Below are positions 43,083-54,554 of a DNA stretch of 64,000 nucleotides, piece by piece. The notes beneath the pieces were generated by a model, which made no database searches, was not told the DNA's origin, and was given only the letters and a program-made list of their open reading frames with translations. How positions within the stretch are numbered: position 1 is the stretch's first letter; each line of letters begins with the position of its first letter. Origin of the DNA: Prochlorococcus sp. AG-347-J19 (GTDB lineage Bacteria > Cyanobacteriota > Cyanobacteriia > PCC-6307 > Cyanobiaceae); contig QCBV01000002.1 in NCBI GenBank assembly GCA_003279015.1, positions 22,774-86,773 of the forward strand. Reading direction: 5' to 3'. A program made the position numbers and the translations under genes.

Positions 43083-43526
43083 CTAATTCATTTTGACATT
43101 TTTCTGAATTTCTCCTATAACCACTGGTTTACTTACGCCATCTGAAATTTTTTTAAGTTTTCTTATCTTTATTTTTACATTTGCTCCTGATCTGCTACCT
43201 TTCATTAAGTTTTCAGATAATTGTTCTAAAGTTGGTTCAATAGATTCTTCTGGAAAGTCATCATCTGCTTTAGCAATAATTAAATCGAACCCATTGTCAT
43301 AAACAATTGGAACATATTTTGCACCTTCTATTGCAACCTTTTCAGTGTAACTTTGTATAAATGCCCAACTACTCAAAGAAAGCAAAAATGAAAAAATAGT
43401 TGCTCCAATTATGCGAAATTTAAACCCAAAATTAAATATAAAAGCTGCTATGGTGCAAATGAAAAGAAATATTCCAAAGAATCCAAAAATTTTGGGTGTG
43501 TTCTCTAATAGTTCAAAAAAAGACAT
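43083..43526 (-). CDS. Conserved membrane protein (possibly Ycf51-like)
   Basis: 147 aa with two N-terminal TM helices and a soluble C-terminal domain. The family guess is from memory only. Confidence 0.5.
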   Translation of the reverse strand: MSFFELLENTPKIFGFFGIFLFICTIAAFIFNFGFKFRIIGATIFSFLLSLSSWAFIQSYTEKVAIEGAKYVPIVYDNGFDLIIAKADDDFPEESIEPTLEQLSENLMKGSRSGANVKIKIRKLKKISDGVSKPVVIGEIQKNVKMN

Positions 43527-43578
43527 TTAGTGGCTTTGACCTGATTAATTTCTTATATTTTGTAAGCCTACTCTATTT

Positions 43579-46500
43579 TTGGGCTCTAACTTGAAAAAAA
43601 TTAGATCTCTAAATTTAAATACTAAGTTTATTTTAATAGGGATGCTTTTACCCTTAGGGTTTTTAGGCACTTTTTTATTAAATAATTTTTTAAAAGAAAC
43701 TTATAGTTCTAGGAAATTAGAACTGGAAGAAAGTATTGAGAATCTTTTAGATAAAAATGTTGATTTAGGTGATTATGTCGGTATTAGATTTCTAGGTATT
43801 TCTTTGGGTGATTCAAAGATTAATGATAAGAAAAATATAGATTCTGAAATTAAAGCTAAAAATTTATATGTGGGTATTATGCCTTTTAGATCTTTTTTAA
43901 AACAAAAATGGATTGTAAAAATAATTCCTAAGGAAGCTGCCATAAATATAGATAGAGATTTTTTTAAAAGGGACAAATCTTATAAAAATGATCGAAGTAC
44001 AAAAAAATTGCAATCAAAGTATGAATTGAACTTTAACTTAAATAAATATTCAGATCTGAAGTTTAATAAAACAGGATTAAAAACAAAAGTAAAAGGTAAT
44101 GTTATTTACAAGTCTAGAAATAGACAAATCATTGCAAATTTAAAATCAAATTTTGATGAAAAGGGTTTTTTAAAATTTAAATTTAATACAAAATTAAATC
44201 AAGACTTTTTAAAACTGAATTTATTCTCTAAAGGTTTAGATCTTGAGAATTCTCAATATATTATTGGGAATAGAAAAATTAGCTTTAAAAAGGGTAACTT
44301 TAAATCTAACTTTAAATTTAATAAATCATCAAAGCGTTCATCTTGTGAGGGAAGATTTTCTTTTACTAATTTAAAAATAAAACCAGAAGATTTCGCAGAG
44401 AATATAAATTCAGATTCAACTAGGTTTTTTTGTAAAGATAATAATTTAATTGTTAATTCAGAAAAATTAAATTATGGAACTTTGACTTCGAATTTTAATC
44501 TTAATGTGCCATTTAATAAAAGTTCCAATAATATTGATCTAATAGGAAGTATTGGATACATTAATAGCCTTAATCCAGATATTAAATTATCGGGTAATAT
44601 GCCCTATTGGTTGGATAGAAGAGGAGTTAATTTTGGTGATATAGATACTAGTTTTGAAATAAATAGAACTCAATTATCTAATTTAAATATTTTCCGAAAA
44701 AATGATATAAGGGGTTTCATTACTGCTAAAGGAGAATTAAAAGGAAAAATTACTGATCCTGATATTTCTATAAACTTTAATGTTGATTATCCGCACTTTA
44801 AAGGTATCCGCATTAGAGAAACATGGGAGGGAGATATTAAAAATGAAAATAATGAATTTCTGCTAAATATGAAAAATAGATATTCTCCAATCCCTTCATT
44901 TCTCTCAATTAAGTTTGATTCTGATCTTAAACTAGATAATGCAAATTTTATTAGAGTTTTTAACACAAATAAAGGGACTGTAGGTATAGTCAAAGATGAC
45001 GATAGTTATAACTGGCGAGCAGATAATTTTCCTCTTGATGAACTTGAATTATCTTTAAACAAAAATCAATTCGATAGAATTGATGGAATTATTAATGGTG
45101 AGGGATCAATTTCGGCAGACCAGTCATCTCTTGTTGGGCGACTTGCTTGGAGTTTAGGTAAATATAGGAATATTAATCTAGCCAATTCATTATTTGATTT
45201 CAGTGTCAAAAATAATTATTTTTATATAAATTCTTCATTGTATCCAATTGATGGAGGAGTAATTGAAGCAGAGTATAACTCAAATAAAAATGATTTAATT
45301 AATTTAGACTTCAGTAATATCAGTACTAGTTGGACTATACTGACCGCCATTGATATGTTTAATTTTAATACTAAAAAAATTACTTCAATAAGTAAATCAA
45401 ATATATTGGATGATTTGGAAATAAATAACGATAATAAATCATTTAAGGAGAAGACCGATTTTATAAATAACTTTATAGAAAATAATAATGCGCTAGATGA
45501 AAAATTTAACTTACAAAAATATTTTAATAAATTCAGCAGTAAATATTCTGCGAAAGTATCTATTCAGAGAGATAGAAGAAGCAAATATAAATTAAATGCA
45601 AAATTAAATGGCTATCTTGATGTCTCTAGAGATGATGACAAAAATAAAAAAGAGGAGTTTTCTATTGATTTAGAAGGAGGATTATTAAGAGGTAAAGGTT
45701 CTTTAAGAATTAAAAAACTACCATTAAGTACTGCAAATATTTTTTTAAATCAACCTAGAGATTTTATAGGCGGTTTTGATATGAATTTATTTTATGATCT
45801 TGATACAAAATCTTTCTCCAGTGAAATTTCTTCTAATAATTCATCATTAAAAAACAAAAAAATAATATTGGATAAAGGACTAATTGAATTTAAAAATTCA
45901 ATTTTTGATATTGATTTTTCTTTATTAATAAACGACTCTGAAATCCCGATTAATATTGAAGGCTCAATTCCTATAAATAAATCAGATAACTTAGATCTAA
46001 GATTAATTGGCAATGGAAAATTTATTGAGTTAATAGATATTTTTGCTGTTGAATACTTTAACTTTAAAGAAGGTGAAGTTAATCTTAGGATGATAATAAA
46101 AGGTAGTTTTAATAGACCAATATTAAATGGTTTTATAGTAATCAAAGATACTGAGATTGATTTTTATAAGAACATAATAAAGGATATTAATAGCTTGATA
46201 ATTTTTGATTTTGATTCTTTAGAAATCAAGAACCTTAATGCAAAATCGCAAGATTCTGGAGATTTATTTATAAAAGGCTCTTTGCCTTTTTATAGTAAGA
46301 ATGATTTTGGCAATTCAGAAATTAGCATAATAACAGATAAATTTACTTTAAAGCCTGGTAATTCTAATTTTCTGATAGATTCAGATATGAATTTGAGAGG
46401 ATCATTTGAGAAGCCTATTTTGGGAGGAAATTTATCTCTTAATAAGGGATTTATTAACTTTAATAGCAATAATCAAAATAATAAATTAGACAAAAATATT

Positions 46501-47538
46501 AAACAAAAGGAAGATAAAAAGGATTGGCCCGAACTCTACTGGAAAAATAATAAGAGTATTGAAATAATTTCAAATGAAACAATTTTAAATTCAGTTCTTT
46601 TAGGAGAAAGATTGCCTAATTATCTGGAAAATTTGAGTTTTAATAATCTTAAATTAAAACTTGGGCCAGATTTTAAACTTCAATATTCAGATATAATTAA
46701 AGCTTATTTAGATACCAAATTAGACCTTAACATAAATGGAAAGGTAGGAAAAGATTTAAATGCTAGAGGGCTAATTGATCTTAAAAAAGGTAGCGCTAAT
46801 CTATATACAACCCCATTTAGACTTGATAAAAATAAAAATAATTATATTTTATTTGCATCTAGAAGTGGTGTTGTTCCATTTATTAATTTTTCTCTGGTTA
46901 GCAAGGTTCCAGATTCTATTATACCTATAAGTGAAAATAATCAGGATTCAAATATCTCTAGTGATCTTGATGTAAATGCTACTTCTAGTGGTTTTGGATC
47001 ATTTGGGATTGGTAATTCAAGGCTTATCAAAATAGAAGCATCATACGAAGGATTTTTAGATCAATTATCTTTTGAAGATGAAAATAGAAGAATCCAATTG
47101 AGGAGCACTCCAAGTTACAATAGATCTCAAATAATTGGTTTAATTGGAGGTAACTCAGCAAACTTAATAAATAGAGCATTTATCTCTCAAGTTAATAATG
47201 CGGATGCTTTTAGTGAAAAAATTCAGTTATCTTTATATCCAGCTCTAATAGAAAATAATGATTCCTTAAATAATATTTTTGCTAATGAAAATGTAAATAT
47301 GGATAATGATAGGCAATCATCCTCTAATGAAGAATTTTCTTCTCAAGCTTGGGTAGCAGAACTAGGACTTGATATTACTGATGCTATAAATTTTGCCTTT
47401 CAAACCGTTCCAGGTAGAGATGATATTTCACCTTTAGGAATTTTGACTTTTCAGGCAAATCCAAACCTAGAATTATTAGGTTCTTATGATTCCAATGGGG
47501 ATTGGAAAAGTCAAGTTCAATTATTTTTTAGATATTAA
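43579..47538 (+). CDS. TamB/DUF490-like translocation-and-assembly-module protein (cyanobacterial homologue of plant TIC236)
   Basis: 1319 aa with an N-terminal TM anchor, a very long N/K/S/I-rich beta-rich body and a conserved C-terminus (..GILTFQANPNLELLGSYDSNGDWKSQVQLFFRY). The TTG start is uncertain. Confidence 0.75.
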   Translation: MGSNLKKIRSLNLNTKFILIGMLLPLGFLGTFLLNNFLKETYSSRKLELEESIENLLDKNVDLGDYVGIRFLGISLGDSKINDKKNIDSEIKAKNLYVGIMPFRSFLKQKWIVKIIPKEAAINIDRDFFKRDKSYKNDRSTKKLQSKYELNFNLNKYSDLKFNKTGLKTKVKGNVIYKSRNRQIIANLKSNFDEKGFLKFKFNTKLNQDFLKLNLFSKGLDLENSQYIIGNRKISFKKGNFKSNFKFNKSSKRSSCEGRFSFTNLKIKPEDFAENINSDSTRFFCKDNNLIVNSEKLNYGTLTSNFNLNVPFNKSSNNIDLIGSIGYINSLNPDIKLSGNMPYWLDRRGVNFGDIDTSFEINRTQLSNLNIFRKNDIRGFITAKGELKGKITDPDISINFNVDYPHFKGIRIRETWEGDIKNENNEFLLNMKNRYSPIPSFLSIKFDSDLKLDNANFIRVFNTNKGTVGIVKDDDSYNWRADNFPLDELELSLNKNQFDRIDGIINGEGSISADQSSLVGRLAWSLGKYRNINLANSLFDFSVKNNYFYINSSLYPIDGGVIEAEYNSNKNDLINLDFSNISTSWTILTAIDMFNFNTKKITSISKSNILDDLEINNDNKSFKEKTDFINNFIENNNALDEKFNLQKYFNKFSSKYSAKVSIQRDRRSKYKLNAKLNGYLDVSRDDDKNKKEEFSIDLEGGLLRGKGSLRIKKLPLSTANIFLNQPRDFIGGFDMNLFYDLDTKSFSSEISSNNSSLKNKKIILDKGLIEFKNSIFDIDFSLLINDSEIPINIEGSIPINKSDNLDLRLIGNGKFIELIDIFAVEYFNFKEGEVNLRMIIKGSFNRPILNGFIVIKDTEIDFYKNIIKDINSLIIFDFDSLEIKNLNAKSQDSGDLFIKGSLPFYSKNDFGNSEISIITDKFTLKPGNSNFLIDSDMNLRGSFEKPILGGNLSLNKGFINFNSNNQNNKLDKNIKQKEDKKDWPELYWKNNKSIEIISNETILNSVLLGERLPNYLENLSFNNLKLKLGPDFKLQYSDIIKAYLDTKLDLNINGKVGKDLNARGLIDLKKGSANLYTTPFRLDKNKNNYILFASRSGVVPFINFSLVSKVPDSIIPISENNQDSNISSDLDVNATSSGFGSFGIGNSRLIKIEASYEGFLDQLSFEDENRRIQLRSTPSYNRSQIIGLIGGNSANLINRAFISQVNNADAFSEKIQLSLYPALIENNDSLNNIFANENVNMDNDRQSSSNEEFSSQAWVAELGLDITDAINFAFQTVPGRDDISPLGILTFQANPNLELLGSYDSNGDWKSQVQLFFRY

Positions 47539-47603
47539 CTCAAAAAAAATTTACTTTAAAGAATCGTTAATTTGAATTATTATTAAATTAAATAAACAAT
47601 ACT

Positions 47604-48914
47604 ATGGCTAATATCTTTGAAGTTCCTCAACCAGGTAATGATCTTCTAGAAAAAGCTGATAAAGTTCGTTTGGCATCAATAAAAATAAGTCAGACTGAAA
47701 ATCAAATTCGAATTAAAGCCTTAAATTTTATGGCTGATTATCTAGAAAAAAATACTAAAGAAATTTTAGATGCTAATGATGCGGATTATTCAAGCGCAGA
47801 AAAAAAAGGTATTTCTAGGGCATTACTTTCTAGATTAAAGTTATCAGAAGCAAAATTAAATTCAGGAATTGAAGGAGTAAGAAAAGTTGGAGACTTGGCT
47901 GACCCTGTAAATCAAATTCAAATTAAAAGAGAGCTTTCAAAGGGATTGATCTTAGAGAGAAAAACTGTGCCAATTGGAGTATTAGGGGTTATTTTTGAAT
48001 CAAGGCCAGATGCCGTGATGCAGATTAGTTCATTAGCAGTAAGATCAGGTAATGGAGTAATTCTAAAAGGTGGTAGTGAAGCCAATTTTACAAATACTGC
48101 AATAGTCAATGCCTTAAAACAGGGGTTATACGAATCAGGTCTTGATGAAAATGCAATATGTTTACTAACAAGCAGAAAAGATAGCATGGCCATGTTAAAT
48201 CTTGAGAAATATATTAATTTAATAATTCCAAGAGGAAGTAATGAATTAGTTAAATTCATTCAAGAGAACACAAGAATTCCTGTGCTAGGACATGCTGATG
48301 GAATTTGTCATTTGTTTATAGATATTGAGGCAAATCTAGAGATGGCTTTATCAGTCGCTTTGGACAGCAAAATTCAATATCCTGCAGCATGTAATGCTAT
48401 CGAAACTTTATTAGTCCATAAAGATATCGCACCAGCTTTTTTAGAAAAGGCAATCCATTTGTTTAATTCAAATGATGTTAAATTAATTGGAGATAAGAGA
48501 TCAGTTGAATTAGGGTTAAAGTATGAGGCTAGTCTAGAAGATTGGAAAACTGAATATTTGGATTTAATTTTATCGATAAAAATTGTTGATGATCTTGAGG
48601 AAGCAATCAAACATATTCAAAAATATAGTTCAAAACATACAGATGGAATAATTACTGAAAATTCAAATACTGCTAATACATTTATGAATGTAGTTGATAG
48701 TGCGGGTGTTTTTCATAATTGCTCTACTAGGTTTGCAGATGGGTTTAGATATGGATTCGGAGCTGAAGTTGGTATATCTACTCAAACTCTTCCACCAAGG
48801 GGACCTGTAGGTCTAGAAGGTTTGGTAACTTATAAATATTTTCTAAAAGGTAATGGTAATATAGTTGATGATTTTTCATCAGGAAAGGCTTTCTATACAC
48901 ATAAAGATCTTTAA
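47604..48914 (+). CDS. proA: Gamma-glutamyl phosphate reductase
   Basis: 436 aa from the aldehyde dehydrogenase fold (IFESRPDA, catalytic CNAIETLLVH). Confidence 0.95.
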   Translation: MANIFEVPQPGNDLLEKADKVRLASIKISQTENQIRIKALNFMADYLEKNTKEILDANDADYSSAEKKGISRALLSRLKLSEAKLNSGIEGVRKVGDLADPVNQIQIKRELSKGLILERKTVPIGVLGVIFESRPDAVMQISSLAVRSGNGVILKGGSEANFTNTAIVNALKQGLYESGLDENAICLLTSRKDSMAMLNLEKYINLIIPRGSNELVKFIQENTRIPVLGHADGICHLFIDIEANLEMALSVALDSKIQYPAACNAIETLLVHKDIAPAFLEKAIHLFNSNDVKLIGDKRSVELGLKYEASLEDWKTEYLDLILSIKIVDDLEEAIKHIQKYSSKHTDGIITENSNTANTFMNVVDSAGVFHNCSTRFADGFRYGFGAEVGISTQTLPPRGPVGLEGLVTYKYFLKGNGNIVDDFSSGKAFYTHKDL

Positions 48915-48925
48915 AACTTTTAAAG

Positions 48926-49288
48926 ATGGAAACTTTTTTAAAAATTCAGAATATTAAACTTTGGGCTAGGGTAGGCGTTCTTGATGAAGAAAGGGAATTA
49001 GGACAACTATTTATTTTAGATATATTTTTGTGGACTGATTTTGAAAAATGTACTGTAAATGATGATATAAAAAAGACAGTTGACTATTCAAAATTAGTTC
49101 AAATTTTAAAAGATCAATCAAAGAAAATATATTGTTTCACAATCGAAAAATATTCAAACGTAATTTTAGAAATAATTAATCAAGAATTTAAACTTTCTAA
49201 AATTAAAATTATTTTGACAAAATGTAATCCTCCAATCACAGGTTTCGATGGGAAGGTGTCAATAGTAAGAATTCTTGAAAATAATTAG
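48926..49288 (+). CDS. folB: Dihydroneopterin aldolase
   Basis: 120 aa with the FolB-like N-terminus (LWARVGVLDEERELGQLFILDI) and matching size. Confidence 0.8.
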   Translation: METFLKIQNIKLWARVGVLDEERELGQLFILDIFLWTDFEKCTVNDDIKKTVDYSKLVQILKDQSKKIYCFTIEKYSNVILEIINQEFKLSKIKIILTKCNPPITGFDGKVSIVRILENN

Positions 49289-49886
49289 AGTATTGGAAAA
49301 AAGAAATCCCATTATATTGATTCATGGTCTTTGGAATACTTCAAGAATTTTTTCTTCTATTACCTCAAAACTTGATGATATTGGAATTGAATATTTTGCC
49401 CCAACTCTTAAGCATTCATATGGAATGACTTCAATTTTGGAATTGACTAATAAATTAAACGGATTAATTTTAGATAAATATGGTTTAGAGAAAGAAATAG
49501 ATATTTTGGGATTTTTTATGGGAGGAATAATTGGTAGGTACTGGCTTCAAAAATTTAATGGATATAAAAGAACAAGAAGATTAATATCTATAGGTTCTCC
49601 TCACAAAGGAACTTTGATGGCTCAATTAATACCTAAATATCCTTTTAGAGGAATAGCAGAAATGAAAATAAATAGTAAGTTTTTGAAAGAACTCGCAAAT
49701 AATGATTTTTTTCTTGATGGTATTGAGTGTATAAATTTCTTTACTTATTGGGATATGATGGTTTTCCCTAGTTGGTGGACTAATTTAAATTTTGGAAAAA
49801 AAATATCAGTCAAAGTATATAAACATAGAAATCTTGTAAGAAATAAATCTGTGGTTAACAAAATAATCGATGAAATTATTATGTAG
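49275..49886 (+). CDS. Lipase/esterase-like alpha/beta hydrolase with a degenerate nucleophile elbow (GFFMGG)
   Basis: 203 aa with the oxyanion-region motif PIILIHGLWNT and an elbow GFFMGG where GxSxG is expected. Candidate Asp (YWDMMV) and His (YKHRN) are retained. The ORF overlaps the folB end by 14 nt. Confidence 0.7.
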   Translation: MKIIRVLEKRNPIILIHGLWNTSRIFSSITSKLDDIGIEYFAPTLKHSYGMTSILELTNKLNGLILDKYGLEKEIDILGFFMGGIIGRYWLQKFNGYKRTRRLISIGSPHKGTLMAQLIPKYPFRGIAEMKINSKFLKELANNDFFLDGIECINFFTYWDMMVFPSWWTNLNFGKKISVKVYKHRNLVRNKSVVNKIIDEIIM

Positions 49887-51966
49887 CTCCAGAAAGACCT
49901 AAGTGTCTTATTAAGGAATCTGTTTGTGGCTCTCTTCCCCTGAATAGTTTAAATATGTCCATTGGAGGTAAGCTTCCTCCCAAGCTAAGTATTGTATCTT
50001 TAAATTTCTTTCCTATTAACTTTAAGTCTTCAGAGTTTTCTAGATCAGCTTCTTCGAACATTGAAAATGCATCAGCACTTAGAACTTCAGCCCATTTATA
50101 TGAGTAATATCCTGCAGAATAACCCCCTGCAAATATATGACTAAAACAACAAAGAAATTGATCTTCTTGAATTGGTTCAATAACAGTAGTTTGTTTTGCA
50201 ATTTCTCTTCTTATTTGATCTGCTGTTTTACCTTGTTTTTCACTGGTAATACTGTGTAATCTGAGGTCGGTTATCGCGAAATGTAGTTGTCTAAGAGTAG
50301 CCATACCACAATTAAAAGTCCTATTCTTAAGAAGCTTTTCAAAATTTTCATCGGATAATTTCTCTCCTGTTTTATAGTGCTTAGCAATATTCAAAAGTGT
50401 ATTTTTATGGAAACACCAGTTTTCCATAAATTGACTTGGAAGTTCGACCGCATCCCATTCAACATTGTTGATCCCAGCAGCTTGAGGAAGATTTACAGTA
50501 GTAAGCATGTGTTGAAGACCATGTCCAAATTCATGGAACAGTGTCTGAACTTCTTCAAAACTCATCAAACTAGGTTTATCTTTTGATGGTGGAGTTTGAT
50601 TGCATACGAGATAAGCTACTGGGAGGGTCTTTTTGCCAATATTATTTTTATTCAAACATTCATCCATCCAGGCTCCTCCTCTCTTTGATTCAGGCCGAGA
50701 ATATGGATCGAGGTAAAAAGACGCTATTTTTTTATCTTCTTTATTGAGGATATTAAAAAATAAAACGTCATCATTCCAAATAGGCGCCTCACCAGTTGCC
50801 TCTACTACTCTAATTTCAAAAAGTTTTTCGCTTAATTTAAATAAACCTTTCAAAACATCATTTAGCGGGAACCAAGGTCTCAAAGACTCTTGATCCAAAT
50901 TGAGCTTTTCCTTTCTAAGAAGTTCAGACCAATAACTAATATCCCATGGCTCGATATTCTGCGATTTTGGAAACCCATTAGCTTTAGAAAACTTATCGAG
51001 CGTTTCTAATTCAATTTTTGCGGTTTTGAATGCTGGTTCTCTCAATTCTTCTAAAAGGTTTTCAACATTTTTAATTTCTTTCGCCATTTTTGTTGACAAA
51101 CTAAGTTCTGCCCAACTTTTATAACCGAGAAGATTAGCCTGTTTAGTTCTAAGAGTTAATATTTCTTCAATGATCTGAGAATTATTCTTTTCTCCTTGAG
51201 AAGCCCTACTAACGAATGCCTTATAAATTTTTTCTCTAAGATTACGGTCGGTGGCATATGACATAAATGAAGTATAAGTTGGAATATCTAGACTTAATTT
51301 CCAAGGACCATTTTTACTATCAAACTCTTCATCTTTTTTTAAGTGACTGTGTGCAGAAATTGCCATCATTTCAAGTACTCGTTCAGGAAGACCATCGACT
51401 TCAGATTTTTTATTTAATATTAGAAACCATTTATTAGTGGCATCAAGAACATTGTTGCTGAAGTCTGTTGATAGTTTTGCAAGTTTTTCTGAAATGTTGT
51501 TGAATTCTTCTTGATAATTTTTTGGTAGAGAAATTCCTCTATGTTGCATCTCAAGAATTTCTTTATCTAAAATTCGGTTTTTGATTTGATCAAAGTTGTT
51601 TGTTTCTTTAAGCTGGACTAAAGAGTTGTAAATAATTTTACTTTGCCCGAATTTATTACTCAAGCTAATAATCTTTGGAAGAAATTTTGAATAAATACCT
51701 CTAAGACTTTCAGAATTATTTACAGCATTTAGGTGACTTATTACGCCCCAACTCCATCTAAGAATTTCATTGACTTCATTTAGAGGATTTATTACTTTAT
51801 CCCAATTTAAATCATTCTGAATCAAATAATTAGATAAATTTTTCTCTATGTTTTTAAAATCTTCTGTAATCTTTTCTAGTACTACGGGAAATTGTTTATT
51901 TATATTTTCTGGAGTAAATTTTTTAAATTCTGGTAATTCTCCATAATTAAAAATTGAGGTATCCAT
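49879..51966 (-). CDS. prlC: Oligopeptidase A (M3 family zinc metallopeptidase)
   Basis: 695 aa with the HEFGHGLQH zinc motif. Confidence 0.93.
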   Translation of the reverse strand: MDTSIFNYGELPEFKKFTPENINKQFPVVLEKITEDFKNIEKNLSNYLIQNDLNWDKVINPLNEVNEILRWSWGVISHLNAVNNSESLRGIYSKFLPKIISLSNKFGQSKIIYNSLVQLKETNNFDQIKNRILDKEILEMQHRGISLPKNYQEEFNNISEKLAKLSTDFSNNVLDATNKWFLILNKKSEVDGLPERVLEMMAISAHSHLKKDEEFDSKNGPWKLSLDIPTYTSFMSYATDRNLREKIYKAFVSRASQGEKNNSQIIEEILTLRTKQANLLGYKSWAELSLSTKMAKEIKNVENLLEELREPAFKTAKIELETLDKFSKANGFPKSQNIEPWDISYWSELLRKEKLNLDQESLRPWFPLNDVLKGLFKLSEKLFEIRVVEATGEAPIWNDDVLFFNILNKEDKKIASFYLDPYSRPESKRGGAWMDECLNKNNIGKKTLPVAYLVCNQTPPSKDKPSLMSFEEVQTLFHEFGHGLQHMLTTVNLPQAAGINNVEWDAVELPSQFMENWCFHKNTLLNIAKHYKTGEKLSDENFEKLLKNRTFNCGMATLRQLHFAITDLRLHSITSEKQGKTADQIRREIAKQTTVIEPIQEDQFLCCFSHIFAGGYSAGYYSYKWAEVLSADAFSMFEEADLENSEDLKLIGKKFKDTILSLGGSLPPMDIFKLFRGREPQTDSLIRHLGLSGAT

Positions 51967-51979
51967 TTATTAAAATAAT

Positions 51980-53521
51980 TTAATTAGTGAGTGTTGTAAT
52001 AACACCAATTAATTTAGCTAAAGTAAGTTGCTGACTGAGAGCATTGGTTGAAGATTCGTATAAATTTATGGCAATTTTCGGCCAAAAACCTATCACTAAA
52101 GTAGGCAACAATAAACTGAAACCAATCGTCAATTCTCTACCGTTCATCTCTTTAACTGTAGCTAGTGCAGGAATTCTAGGTCCAAAAAATACCCTTCTAC
52201 ACATTGATAATAGATATATTGGTGTTAGAACTAAACCGATGGCTGCAATAAGAATAGTAATTGATCTAAAGAGAGAGCTGAATCCTTCTTGGCTAGTGAT
52301 TCCTAAAAATATTGTTATTTCACTAATAAAACCACTCATTCCAGGAAGTGCTAGAGAAGCTAAAGAGCTTGCCAAGAAAAAAGCAAAAGTTATTGGCAAA
52401 ACCTTTGCTAATCCACCCATGTTTGGTATGGAAAGAGTATTAGTTCTTTCATAGAATGAGCCTGTTACAAAAAACATAGCTGCAGCGATAAGTCCGTGGC
52501 TTATCATTTGTAGCATTGCACCGCTTATCCCTAAAGCATCCACTGCTCCAATCCCTAATAGAACGAAACCCATATGACTCACTGAGCTACATGCAATTCT
52601 CCTTTTGACATTGTCTTGTGCAAATGCATTTAGTGCTCCGTAAATTATATTAATGATTCCGAGAATAATTAATGCAGGTGCAATTTGCAGATGTACTTCA
52701 GGTAGTATTTGAACGTTGAATCTTAAAAGAGCATAACCTCCCATTTTCAAAAGTATTCCTGCGAGTAACATTGAAACCGGTGCATTAGCCTCTCCATGTG
52801 CATCAGGTAACCAAGTATGCAGTGGAAAAATAGGTAGCTTTACTCCAAAACCAATTAAAAAACCTAAATAAGATAACAATGCTAGGCTACCTGTTACGTG
52901 TTTATTGGTTAAATCGGTAATATTTAAAGTAAAGGTGTCACCACTCAAAGCAAGTGCCAAGCCACTTATGAGTATTAATAAAGAAGCTAAAGCTGTATAA
53001 AGAATAAATTTGGTGGCAGCATATAATTTCTTTTTCCCTCCCCAAATTGCAATAAGAAGATATACCGGAACTAATTCAAGTTCCCATGCCAAGAAAAATA
53101 ATAAAAAATCTTGAGAAAGAAAAACTAGTGCCTGTGCTGATGCTTGGACTAATAAAAGAGCAAAATATAAATTAGATTTTTTCTTAATTTTCCAACTTGC
53201 GGCAGCTGATAAAAATGTAATTAACCCACTCAAAGCTACTAAAGGAGCGGATAACCCATCTACTCCAAGAGACCACTCTAAGCCTATTGAGGGCAACCAT
53301 GAAGTTCTTTCTACCAATTGCAGAGAGCTATCTGAAGTATTGAATTTTTGAAAAAGGACGCAGATTATTAGTAAGAAATCTAGAAATAAAAAACTTAATG
53401 AGATGTTCCTGGGGAGTGTATTATCTTCTCCTTCACTTGAATTCAAGAAAGGCATTATTAATGCCCCAATCAAAGGCATTAAAACAATAGATGATAGCCA
53501 AGGAAAAGATTCTAAATTCAT
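51980..53521 (-). CDS. ndhD: NAD(P)H-quinone oxidoreductase chain 4 (NdhD family)
   Basis: 513 aa, a polytopic antiporter-like subunit ([19 protein letters not shown]). Confidence 0.92.
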   Translation of the reverse strand: MNLESFPWLSSIVLMPLIGALIMPFLNSSEGEDNTLPRNISLSFLFLDFLLIICVLFQKFNTSDSSLQLVERTSWLPSIGLEWSLGVDGLSAPLVALSGLITFLSAAASWKIKKKSNLYFALLLVQASAQALVFLSQDFLLFFLAWELELVPVYLLIAIWGGKKKLYAATKFILYTALASLLILISGLALALSGDTFTLNITDLTNKHVTGSLALLSYLGFLIGFGVKLPIFPLHTWLPDAHGEANAPVSMLLAGILLKMGGYALLRFNVQILPEVHLQIAPALIILGIINIIYGALNAFAQDNVKRRIACSSVSHMGFVLLGIGAVDALGISGAMLQMISHGLIAAAMFFVTGSFYERTNTLSIPNMGGLAKVLPITFAFFLASSLASLALPGMSGFISEITIFLGITSQEGFSSLFRSITILIAAIGLVLTPIYLLSMCRRVFFGPRIPALATVKEMNGRELTIGFSLLLPTLVIGFWPKIAINLYESSTNALSQQLTLAKLIGVITTLTN

Positions 53522-53600
53522 TTATGGAATGAATAATTTTCTTATTCTAGTTGAAGTTGTACTAGCTTGAGACTATAACATTAAAAAGGCCTAAGTAAAA

Positions 53601-54548
53601 CTACTTACCAGAGATAGTGCTAAATTGGCTGCCTATTGTTTGAAGGTTTAAAAAGGGTGCTCTACTGGCTACACCTGACTTCTCCCATGCTTTTACCATG
53701 GCTTGACTGACGTTTTTACCATTTTCTTTTTTACACAAAGCTAAGATACTTGGTCCAGCTCCACTAATTGCGCATCCTAGAGCACCTGCATTTAGCGCGG
53801 CATCTTTGACTTCTAATCCACCTTTGATAAGTTTCCATCTGTAAGGTTCGTGTAGCCTATCAAACATTCCCTCTTTTATAAGTTCGTCATTTCCTGCTTT
53901 CAAGCCATTTAGTAATAAAGTAAGTGCCCCCATATTTATCACTGCATCAGATATGGGTACATTCTTGGGCATAACCTTTCTTGCTTCACTTGTACTTAAA
54001 CGAATTGCAGGTATTGCTACAACAGCTTTAATTGAATCATGCCAATCACATTTAATGATTCTCCATCTTTGAGAGGAGGACTTGGCTGTCAAACAAAGAC
54101 CACCCAAGAGAGAGGGAACTACATTATCAGGATGACCTTCTATATCAATGGCAAGTTCAAGGAGTTTTTCTTTCGGCAATGGAGAGTCCATTATTGCATT
54201 TGCTCCGATTAGTCCAGCAACTATAGCTGTAGCACTACTTCCAAGTCCTCGTGCAGGCGGCACTGCCAACTTAACTCTTGCTTCAAGTGCAAAAGGATCC
54301 ATATTTGCGCTTTCCCATACTTTTTGAGCTGCTCTAAAAACTAAGTTTTCAGGTCCTCCCCTTAAATGATTACCATCTGTACTTTCCATTATTAAATCAA
54401 ATCTATCTCCACCACCTTCAATTCTTGTGAAAATAAATTCATTATATAAATCTAATGCTGCACCAAGGCAATCGAACCCAGGCCCTAAATTAGCAGTTGT
54501 GGATGGTACTGTTACTTTTATTTTTTTACCTACTTCAGGAATAGACAT
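53601..54548 (-). CDS. thrB: Homoserine kinase
   Basis: 315 aa from the GHMP kinase family, with motif PPARGLGSSATA. Confidence 0.94.
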   Translation of the reverse strand: MSIPEVGKKIKVTVPSTTANLGPGFDCLGAALDLYNEFIFTRIEGGGDRFDLIMESTDGNHLRGGPENLVFRAAQKVWESANMDPFALEARVKLAVPPARGLGSSATAIVAGLIGANAIMDSPLPKEKLLELAIDIEGHPDNVVPSLLGGLCLTAKSSSQRWRIIKCDWHDSIKAVVAIPAIRLSTSEARKVMPKNVPISDAVINMGALTLLLNGLKAGNDELIKEGMFDRLHEPYRWKLIKGGLEVKDAALNAGALGCAISGAGPSILALCKKENGKNVSQAMVKAWEKSGVASRAPFLNLQTIGSQFSTISGK

Positions 54549-54554
54549 TTTTTG

